Source of the DNA: Verrucomicrobia bacterium UBA2281
Lineage (GTDB): Bacteria > Verrucomicrobiota > Kiritimatiellia > CAIQIC01 > Lenti-01
Direction of reading: 5' to 3'
NCBI GenBank assembly: GCA_002347655.1
Contig: DDWR01000024.1
Coordinates: forward strand, 140,971-204,970
DNA length: 64,000 nt
The position numbers were made by a program, and so were the translations under genes. A model generated the notes under the pieces. That model made no database searches. It was not told the origin of the DNA and saw only the letters and a list, made by a program, of their open reading frames with translations. The stretch's first letter is position 1. The number at the start of each line of letters is the position of its first letter. Positions 9,275-17,400 of this stretch are shown one piece after another.

Positions 9275-9605
9275 CGTCCGCTTCCTTTCTGGACGGCGGC
9301 GCGACGACCGGGGCCGTCACCACCTGCACGCGGAAAATCCGCTCGTCGAGCTTCAGGCGCGCCTGCAGGGCCGCGACCTTGTCGCCCGCCAGCTGGAACG
9401 CGATCAAGCCGTAGTGGCCGCCTTGCCGCTTCTGCATGACCCGCGCGAATTCGCGCTTGCCCAGCCGCGTGCTGCTGGTCATCTTGCCGCCCTGTTTTTC
9501 GATTTCCGCGCGGACGGCATCGACCGCCCCGTCCCAGTCCGTTTCCTTCAGGGTCTCCTGAAAGATGATCATCGCCTCGTATTTGTTCACCTCATGCCTC
9601 CTCAA
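9258..9605 (-). CDS. rpsF: 30S ribosomal protein S6
   Basis: YEAMIIFQ... and acidic C-terminal tail. Sits in an rpsF-ssb-rpsR-rplI context. The exact start is uncertain (ATG at 9605 or an internal start). Confidence 0.8.
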   Translation of the reverse strand: MRRHEVNKYEAMIIFQETLKETDWDGAVDAVRAEIEKQGGKMTSSTRLGKREFARVMQKRQGGHYGLIAFQLAGDKVAALQARLKLDERIFRVQVVTAPVVAPPSRKEADDGGAE

Positions 9606-10165
9606 TTATACTCGTTCATCGCGCGGTCCGTTCCCTGGGCGAGGATGCACTCCACGGCGTCCGCCGCCCGCGCGGCGGCCTCCGCCAGCGCCCGGCGTTC
9701 CCCGGGATCCATCCGTTCCAGCACGTGATCCTTCAAATCCTTGCCTTCTTCCCGTTCTCCGACTCCGACGCGCACCCGGACGAACTCCTCCGTGCCGAGG
9801 CGCGCGATCACCGACTTCAGGCCGTTGTGGCCGCCCGCGCCGCCGCGGGCCCGGATCCGCAACTTGCCCAAGGGCAGGTTGACGTCGTCGGCCACGACGA
9901 TCAAGTCTTTTGCGGCCAGCCCCGCGGGGCGCATCAGCGCCGGCAGGACGTTCCCGCTCAAGTTCATGTACGTCAGCGGTTTCGCCAGCAGCAGGTTGCC
10001 GACGCCTTCCAGCGCGGTCTTGGCGGTCTGGACGGGCCGGCACCAGGAACGGCGGAACGCCGCTCCGCGGCGCCGCGCAACCTCGTCGAGGACCTGCCAC
10101 CCGGCGTTGTGCCGCGTGTGTTCGTAGGCCCGTCCGGGATTGCCCAACCCCACCACCAGTTTCAT
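9602..10165 (-). CDS. pth: Peptidyl-tRNA hydrolase
   Basis: MKLVVGLGNPGRAYEHTRHNAGW...GGHNGLKS motifs. ATG at 10165 (a GTG at 10192 is also in frame). Confidence 0.9.
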   Translation of the reverse strand: MKLVVGLGNPGRAYEHTRHNAGWQVLDEVARRRGAAFRRSWCRPVQTAKTALEGVGNLLLAKPLTYMNLSGNVLPALMRPAGLAAKDLIVVADDVNLPLGKLRIRARGGAGGHNGLKSVIARLGTEEFVRVRVGVGEREEGKDLKDHVLERMDPGERRALAEAAARAADAVECILAQGTDRAMNEYN

Positions 10166-10198
10166 GCGCGGAATCCGTCGGTCGCCCGCCACGGCGGG

Positions 10199-10915
10199 TT
10201 ACTTCTTCTCCTTCTTCTCGGCGGCCGGGGCCTTGGCGGCTTCCTTGCCCTTCTCCGCGCCCGCTTCGCCTTCCTCTTCCTTCTTCTCGGTCAACACTTC
10301 CGGCCCGGCGGCGGCTTCGGTCTCCGTCGCGGCCTTCTCTTCTTCTTCCGTGCGCGGCGCGGCGACGGCGGCGACCACCTGGTCGGGGTCGCTGAGCACC
10401 TTGTACTTGGCCGCATCGACCGGGACGTCCCGGACGCGCAGCGTCTTGCCGACGTGCAGGTCCGCCACGTTCAGTTCGAATTCCTCGACCATGTCGCCCG
10501 GCAAGCACTGCACCTCCAGCGTGCGCAGCACGTGCTCGAGAATGCCGCCTTCGTTCGCGACGCCCGTGGGGACGCCGACGAGCTTGACCGGCACTTCGAT
10601 CTCGATCTTGCGGGTCATGGACACTTCGTAGAAGTCCACGTGGATGACGCGGCCGGTCAGCGGATGGTGCTGCATGGCCTTGAGCATCGCCTTGAGGGGC
10701 TGCTCGCGGCCTTCCACCGCCAGATCCACGATCATGTTTTCGCTGCGGTGGGTCCGCAGCATCACCACGAAATCGTGCTCGTTGAGCTGGATGTCCAGGC
10801 CCGGGCGTCCCTCGCCGTAGACCACCGCCGGGAACCAACCCGTGCGGCGCAGGCGGCCGGCCGACGCGCTGCCCTTTTCCGCGCGCGTCTTGGCTGTCAG
10901 TTTCGTCTCTTTCAT
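10199..10915 (-). CDS. rplY: 50S ribosomal protein L25 / general stress protein Ctc
   Basis: 238 aa starting MKETKLTAKTRAEKGSASAGRLRRTG, with an acidic/lysine-rich tail. Start at 10915 verified in the sequence. The longer 656-aa frame in the ORF track is a GC-driven artefact. Confidence 0.85.
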   Translation of the reverse strand: MKETKLTAKTRAEKGSASAGRLRRTGWFPAVVYGEGRPGLDIQLNEHDFVVMLRTHRSENMIVDLAVEGREQPLKAMLKAMQHHPLTGRVIHVDFYEVSMTRKIEIEVPVKLVGVPTGVANEGGILEHVLRTLEVQCLPGDMVEEFELNVADLHVGKTLRVRDVPVDAAKYKVLSDPDQVVAAVAAPRTEEEEKAATETEAAAGPEVLTEKKEEEGEAGAEKGKEAAKAPAAEKKEKK

Positions 10916-11874
10916 TGCGTTCTCCCTTGATGAATCTCGAACAGCTTGGAGACCGATTCGTCTCCGTAGATCCGCTTGATCGCGTCGCCGAGCAGGTCCG
11001 CGACGGTCAACACGGTGATCGGGAACCCTTCCCAGCCCGGCTGGGGCGGGATGGTGTCGGTGGTGATGAGCTCCTCGATGGCCGAATCGCGCAGGCGCTG
11101 GATGCCCAGCGGGGTGATCGGGCAGTGGCTGACGACGGCGCGCACGGACTTCGCGCCCTGCTCCTGCGCCAGCTTGGCCGCCGCGCACAGGGTGCCGGCG
11201 GTGGTGGTCATGTCGTCGGTCAGGACGCAGTCCTTGCCCTTCACGTCGCCGACGAGCTCGATGGCCTCGACTTCGGTGGCGCTGGTGCGGTGCTTGCCGG
11301 CGAGGGCGAGGCCCGCGCCGAGGAGCTGGGCATAGGAATAGGCCATCTTCAGGCCGCCCGGATCGGGCGCGACCACCACGCGGTGGTCCGCGGGCAGCTT
11401 TTCGCGCAGGTAGCGCACCATCAGCGGCGCGGCGTAGAGGTGGTCCACCGGAATGTCGAAGAAGCCCTGGATCTGGGGCGAATGCAGATCGACGGTCAGC
11501 ACGCGGTCCACGCCGGCCGCGACGAGCAGGTTCGCCACCAGCTTCGCGGAAATCGGCACGCGAGAGCGGTCCTTGCGGTCCTGGCGCGCGTAGGCGTAGA
11601 ACGGCATCACCGCGGTGATGCGCTTGGCCGAGGCCCGGCGCGCGGCGTCGGCCATGATCAGCAGCTCCATCAGGTATTCGTTGGGCTGCATGCCGGTCGG
11701 CTGCACGATGAAAACGTCGCGCCCCCGCACGGTCTCTTCGTAGGTCACGGAAATCTCGCCGTCGGGAAAGCGCCCGATGCTGGCCACGCTCAAGGGAATG
11801 CCGACGCGCGCCGCGATCTTTTCCGCCAGCGGCCGGTTCGCATTTCCCGCGAAAATCTTGATGTGGTTTTCCAT
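10912..11874 (-). CDS. prs: Ribose-phosphate pyrophosphokinase (PRPP synthetase)
   Basis: MENHIKIFAGNANRPLAEKIA...DLHSPQIQGFFDIPVD. ATG at 11874 has better RBS spacing; 11880 is also possible. Confidence 0.9.
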   Translation of the reverse strand: MENHIKIFAGNANRPLAEKIAARVGIPLSVASIGRFPDGEISVTYEETVRGRDVFIVQPTGMQPNEYLMELLIMADAARRASAKRITAVMPFYAYARQDRKDRSRVPISAKLVANLLVAAGVDRVLTVDLHSPQIQGFFDIPVDHLYAAPLMVRYLREKLPADHRVVVAPDPGGLKMAYSYAQLLGAGLALAGKHRTSATEVEAIELVGDVKGKDCVLTDDMTTTAGTLCAAAKLAQEQGAKSVRAVVSHCPITPLGIQRLRDSAIEELITTDTIPPQPGWEGFPITVLTVADLLGDAIKRIYGDESVSKLFEIHQGRTQ

Positions 11875-11904
11875 GTCCATGTTTCCTGGTTCGGCCCGGC
11901 GCAA

Positions 11905-11978
11905 TGGTTGCCCGACTAGGATTTGAACCTAGACTCTGGCCTCCAAAGGGCCGTGTGCTGCCATTACACCATCGGGCA
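11905..11978 (-). tRNA. tRNA-Gln (anticodon UUG), CCA encoded
   Basis: Read by hand as TGCCCGATGGTGTAATGGCAGCACACGGCCCTTTGGAGGCCAGAGTCTAGGTTCAAATCCTAGTCGGGCAACCA. 7-bp acceptor stem, GGTGTAATGG D-loop, anticodon loop CTTTGGA, and a GGTTCAAATCC T-arm. Confidence 0.8.
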
Positions 11979-12245
11979 ATGCGAGCGATGGCATTCCTCG
12001 GCCGCGCGTCGGCGCCACCCGGCGCCGCGCCCGGCCGCGACAAAGAACCAATCCGGCTCCGCCCCGAGGCGGACCCGTTCAAAAACCCGCGCACCTTACC
12101 CAGCCCCTCCCGAAAAGTCAACCCCCCCCTTTTCCGCGCCCGGGCCGCGCCGGACCCAACGACATCCATTTTAACGCTTTGCGCCCGTTTTGCGCCGTGC
12201 TACCTTGCCTTCGCTGAACCACCCCATGTACGCAGCGAGGCCCTC

Positions 12246-14126
12246 ATGATGAATTTTGCGAAGCGGCTGTTTCCGGCCGCGGCGCTGGCGGGACTGCTCC
12301 TGCAGACCGCCGCCGCCGTCGAACGGGAAACCCACGGCGCCCTCAAGCTCTTCCCCCTCGTCTACCAGCGCGCCACCGAAGATTCCTACGACCTCGAAGC
12401 CCTTTTCGGCCTTGTCGGCGTCCATTCCCGGGGCGAGGAATATTCCCGCCGCGTCGGGCCGCTGTTCTGGGGCGACGACCATCTGCACCTCGCGCCCGTC
12501 TACTGGAATTGGGGCGACAACTGGCTCGTGCCCCCGCTGGCCTGGAACGTCCACGGCCACAAAGGCGTGGGCCCCGTCTGGTGGGGCGACGATTATTTCC
12601 ACGCCGCGCCGCTCTTCTGGAGCTGGAACGACAACTGGCTCCTGCCGCCCGTCGCCGGGCGCCTCCGCGGCACCACCGCCCTCGGCCCCGTCTGGTGGAA
12701 CGACCGCGGCGAATCCGGCCTGTTCCCGCTCTGGTGGAAGAATCCCGACGGCTGGACGCTCCTGCCGCTGGGCTATTCCCACCAAGGCGAAGGCATGTTC
12801 GGCCCCGTCGCGTGGGACGCGCAGCATCTCGACGTCTATCCGTTCTTCTTCAGCGGCGGCGGCGACTGGCTTCTGCTGCCCTTCGGCGGCAAGCTCGACG
12901 ACGACTATATCGCCGGCCCGCTCTGGTGGGGCACCGCCGAATCCGGCCAGCGCTACCTGCATCTGGCGCCGTTCTTCTGGAGCCGCGGCGACAGCTGGCT
13001 CGTGCCGCCGCTGGCGTGGCACGTCGGCGACCACGCGGGCGTCGGCCCCGTCTGGTGGGGGAAAGACTACGTCCACGTCGCCCCGCTCTACTGGAGCTGG
13101 CGGAACAACTGGCTGCTGTTCCCCCTCGCGTGGAACGTCGACGGCCACAAGGGCCTCGGACCGCTGTGGTGGAGCCGCGACTACTTCTGCCTGGCGCCGA
13201 TCTTCTGGAGCAGGCAGGACGACTGGCTGCTGTTCCCGCTGGCCTGGAATATCGGCGGCAACGGCGGCGTCGGCCCGATCTGGTGGGGCCACCGCTATTT
13301 CCATATTGCGCCGCTGCTGTGGACCTGGGAGGGCAACGCGGTGCTGTTTCCGCTGGCGTGGAGCATCGACGGCAACCGCGGCGTCGGGCCCGTCTGGTGG
13401 GGCCGGGACTACTTCCACGTCTTCCCGCTGTTCTGGAGTTCGGGCGGCGACTGGACGCTCCTGCCGCTGGCGTGGAACGGCGCGAACCACAACGGCTTCG
13501 GCCCGCTCTGGTGGGGCGAGGATTATTTCCACGTCGCCCCGCTCTACTGGAGCTGGGACGGCAACCAGCTGCTGCTGCCCCTGGCCTGGAACCTGAAGGG
13601 CAACAAAGGCGTCGGCCCCGTCTGGTGGGGCAAGAACCATTTCCACGTCGCCCCGCTCTTCTGGAGCTGGAACGAGGACTGGCTGCTGTTCCCGCTGGCC
13701 TGGAACCTCGACGGCCAAAAAGGCGTCGGCCCCGTGTTCTGGGGCAAGGATAAAAACGGCGAATCCTATCTCAACGTCTTTCCCCTGTGGATCCGCAAGG
13801 ACCGCACCACCTGGATTCCGCCGCTGCTGGGCTGGATGAACCGGCCCGAAGAAGGCGGCGTCGATTTCAAGCTGGGCCTGCGCCTGCTGCGGTGGGCTTC
13901 CGACGACAAGGGCTACACTTTCGAGCTCCAGCCGCTGCTCGACGTCTCGGGCGGCGACGTCCGCCACTTCTCGCTCGTCTGGCGCCTGTTCGAGTACCAC
14001 CGCGACGCGGACGAACGCTACTGGCGCGCGCTCTTCATCCCCCGCAAGTTCAAGCTGAAGCCCAAGCAAGCCGCCGCCCGCCCGCCCGCGGGCACCGTCG
14101 CCGACGCCTATCTCCCGCGGAATTGA
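12246..14126 (+). CDS. Secreted Trp-rich tandem-repeat protein (about 12 repeats of a 38-aa unit); function unknown
   Basis: Signal peptide MMNFAKRLFPAAALAGLLLQTAAA, followed by repeats of H-x-APL-F/Y-WSW-xx-NWLLFPLAWN-x-DG-x-KGVGPVWWG-x-DYF with a 12-13-aa PLxW periodicity. Start ATG at 12246 verified in frame. Confidence 0.75.
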   Translation: MMNFAKRLFPAAALAGLLLQTAAAVERETHGALKLFPLVYQRATEDSYDLEALFGLVGVHSRGEEYSRRVGPLFWGDDHLHLAPVYWNWGDNWLVPPLAWNVHGHKGVGPVWWGDDYFHAAPLFWSWNDNWLLPPVAGRLRGTTALGPVWWNDRGESGLFPLWWKNPDGWTLLPLGYSHQGEGMFGPVAWDAQHLDVYPFFFSGGGDWLLLPFGGKLDDDYIAGPLWWGTAESGQRYLHLAPFFWSRGDSWLVPPLAWHVGDHAGVGPVWWGKDYVHVAPLYWSWRNNWLLFPLAWNVDGHKGLGPLWWSRDYFCLAPIFWSRQDDWLLFPLAWNIGGNGGVGPIWWGHRYFHIAPLLWTWEGNAVLFPLAWSIDGNRGVGPVWWGRDYFHVFPLFWSSGGDWTLLPLAWNGANHNGFGPLWWGEDYFHVAPLYWSWDGNQLLLPLAWNLKGNKGVGPVWWGKNHFHVAPLFWSWNEDWLLFPLAWNLDGQKGVGPVFWGKDKNGESYLNVFPLWIRKDRTTWIPPLLGWMNRPEEGGVDFKLGLRLLRWASDDKGYTFELQPLLDVSGGDVRHFSLVWRLFEYHRDADERYWRALFIPRKFKLKPKQAAARPPAGTVADAYLPRN

Positions 14127-14481
14127 TGCCGCGCATCTCGGAGCGGCACCCTGGCGGCATTGCGGCTTTCATTTTTCTCTAGCTTGGCGGCCGGGTTTCT
14201 GCGATATATTCGGCAGTTCCGCGGCGATTCTCGGCTCGGACGTTGTTCTTTCCATTTTGCGTTTTGAAGTCTTCCCCGCGCGAGCGGGGAGTCGTTCTAA
14301 TCGAAAACCAGCAATTTTCTTATTCCAGAACGAGACTTGTGGACGCGCCCAACCCTGGGCGCGGCCCCTTGTCTTGTGTTCTGGAAAGGGGCTTGCTGGT
14401 CCCTCGATTAGGGCATGGGCCTGGGGTTCGCGCCTCTTTTCATTTCGTGCGGCACCGGGTCCATGCCACCCATTCGGGAGC

Positions 14482-17400
14482 ATGCCCATGAGAAATCCGA
14501 GGATGAAAAACAAGCCCGCCATCGGGATCGGAATCACTGCTGCCATCGCCGCGCTTGGGCTTGTGGCTTTGGCCTCGGATTCCGCCCGGACCGAAAAGCC
14601 GGCCGCCGTGGATGCCCAGGAATACGCCGATTTCATGGCGAACGAAGCGCTGGACGTGCAGGACCTGGCGGAAGGCGCGGAACTCCAGCGCCGGACGTTC
14701 AACCGCATGACGCCGCCGGGCCTTTCCTGGGTCCAGCCGATGTTTCCTCTCACGGTTCCGTTCGACGCCGCGAATTTCAACGAGAAGTTCCTCGACGAGC
14801 TGCTGGGCGAGGACCGGAACAGCGTGGCGGTCTATCCGCTGACCTTGGCGCTCGATCCCAAGACCCGCGAGACTTGGATCTATAACGCCGAGGGCAAACC
14901 GATCGCCGCGCTGCCGCCGGAAAAGATTTCCCGGGCGTGGCCCGAGGGTTCCGATCCAGCCCGGGTGGTCTTGCGGCTGGATCTGTTGCCCGCCGAGGAC
15001 GTGGAGCCGTACCTGTACGTGGAGGATCGCATGGCCGAAACCGTCTCCGCTTTTTCCGAAAAAGCGGCCAAGTCCGCGCGGAAAGAAGCCGTCGCCAAGA
15101 GCGGCCTGTCCGGCGGGCAGTTCGGATTTGCCGATGCCCGGAAACTGACCAACGGGAACTTCCGGCTGACGGTGACGAACGGGCCGGCTGCGGCGGAAAT
15201 CTTCTCCTACACGATCTGGCACACCTCGTCGGTGGTGGTCTCCACTTGGACCAACGACTTGGACGAGGTCGTCGTGAGCACGAATGTCGTCTGGACGCCC
15301 GTGTCCCCGCCGTATGCCGGGCTGGAAAGCGCATGGGAAGTCGAAACGACGAACTTGCTTCTGACCAACGGCGTGGGCATTTGGGAGGACGCAAGCGCCA
15401 CCGGCAGCGCCCGGGTGCGATTCTACGGGACCACCCAAAGGGCGGATTCCGACGAAGACGGCTTGACCGACGGCGCGGAAATCTTCCTGCACCGTACCGA
15501 TCCATCCTTGTCCGACACCGATGGCGACGGCATGCCCGACGGCTGGGAGGTGACTTACGGCTTGAATGCCCGTTCCGGCCTCGACGAATCCTTGGTCGGC
15601 TGGTGGAAGCTGGACGACGGCGCGGGCTCCAACGCCGTCAATTCCGCCCAGGACGCCTACCATGGTGAACTGGTGGGATTTTCCGGTTTGGGCGGCGGCT
15701 GGACGGGCGACGGGTGTTTAGGCGGCGCCCTGCGATTCGACGGCATCGACGACTGGGTGCGGATTGCGCAGGATCCGGCGATGCTGACGGGTGGTCCCTT
15801 CACCGTGAGCGCGCAGGTGTGGCTGGACCCGGATTGTGCCTCGGCTTGGCCCGAAGCGGTCGCCGATTACGAGGCCTCGACCTATAACGGCTATTGCCTC
15901 GGCTTCAACGAAAACCGCGCCTACGCCATGGTGGGGCCGTACGGCTGGCTCATGGACTCGAACGCGCTCGCGGGCCGGTGGGTCTGGACGGCGCTGGAAT
16001 ACGACGGCGCGCAGATGCGGCTCTATCTCGACGGCGTTTTGGCGGGAGCGACGCCCGTCGCGTTCGTACCAGCGACGAACGGATTTTTCGCCATCGGCAA
16101 CGGACAGGACGACAGCTTCGGCTCCGAATTCTGGAAAGGCCGGATCGACGACGTGCGCCTGTACCGGGCGGTCCTCGGCACGAACGGTCTCGCCGGCATG
16201 TACGACGCGCAGGCGGACCCGGACGGCGATGGCTGGCTCAACCTTCAAGAAAGCGCGCACGGCACCGATCCGTTCCGCGCGGACACGGATGAAGACGGCA
16301 TTTCCGACGGCGACGATCCCGAACCCCTCGTGGCCAATCAGGAACCGATCATGCGGTTCCGGCATCCGCTGGACGGCCAGACGTTCCTCGGCCCGGCCAA
16401 AATCGAACTGAGCAGCGAGTGGATCTACGGCACGCAACCGCCCTCGCAGGCGGTTTATCGGATCGAATCGCTGCTCGACGGCGCCACGAACGAGATCGCG
16501 GTCGCCGCCGGAAGCGATCAGAAAACGAACTGGTACGCGCCTCCGGGGGTCTTCCGCTTGACGGTCCGGGGTGTGGATGCGGGCGGACGGACGGGCGAAA
16601 CGCGCCGGGTGGACGTCGCCGTGGCGGAGAGCGGTTCGTTCGCGGCGCTGACGGCCGCCGAAAAACAAACCGTTCTGGAAAACGGGCCCCGGGCCGTCGA
16701 AGGAGTGGAAGAATGGACGTACGGATATTCTGGCGCGCGGACCGGCAGCCTGCCCGTCGCCGCGGCCGGCAGCCGCATCCTTGCGGGGTTTGCCCAAGCG
16801 ACCAATTTCACCGCCGTGCCGGTGAGCAACTCGTATCTGGACGTTGACTACCATGATCGCGACGCGACGTATGCGACGGTCGTGCCTGGCAACACGCCGA
16901 CGACGAACCTGTTCGCCACCTTGTACGGCGCGGCGCGCTGGGGCGCGCGCCTGGAGGCGAATCTGCCCCCGCCATCGTCTCCGCGCGGCTGGCCGGTGGC
17001 TTACGACTCGTTCTTGGTTTTCGACCAGAATGAACGCGGCGAATGGGTCGGGAAGGTTTATCCCAGTTTGAACAACCTGGCCACGAATGATCCGCATGCC
17101 CTGCTGCATATGGGCTACGGGGCGGAACGCGATGCTTTCTTCTATAGAAACGGAAGCTACCAAGTGCTTCTGGGACCGACGAATTTCAATGGAGAGTTCG
17201 ACTACCGATTGGTCTTCGGCCTGAACAACGCAGGTCTCGTTGTCGGGGCCGGCCTCGATTACGAAGCGCATGGCGGAGGGATGTATCTGGGCCTGGAGGA
17301 ATTTCGTCCCATCGTCTACGGAATCGGCCAAACCGGAACGGTACTGGCGGTCAGCACGCAGGCGATAGGCGGCGCGGCCTATGCGGTCAACGACAAGGGC

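Noticed and set aside
9606-10838. 410-aa and 401-aa ORFs overlapping pth/rplY, and the 656-aa frame 10199..12169
   Set aside because: Low-complexity R/G/P-rich products. The true genes are pth (9602..10165), rplY (10199..10915) and prs, each with canonical N-termini and RBS. The long frame simply runs through prs and the tRNA.
12171-14069. 632-aa minus-strand ORF and plus-strand alternative frames (12256.., 12509..) inside the repeat-protein gene
   Set aside because: Mirror frames of a tandem repeat in 70% GC DNA yield long open frames. Only the 12246..14126 frame has a signal peptide and a coherent, non-degenerate repeat.
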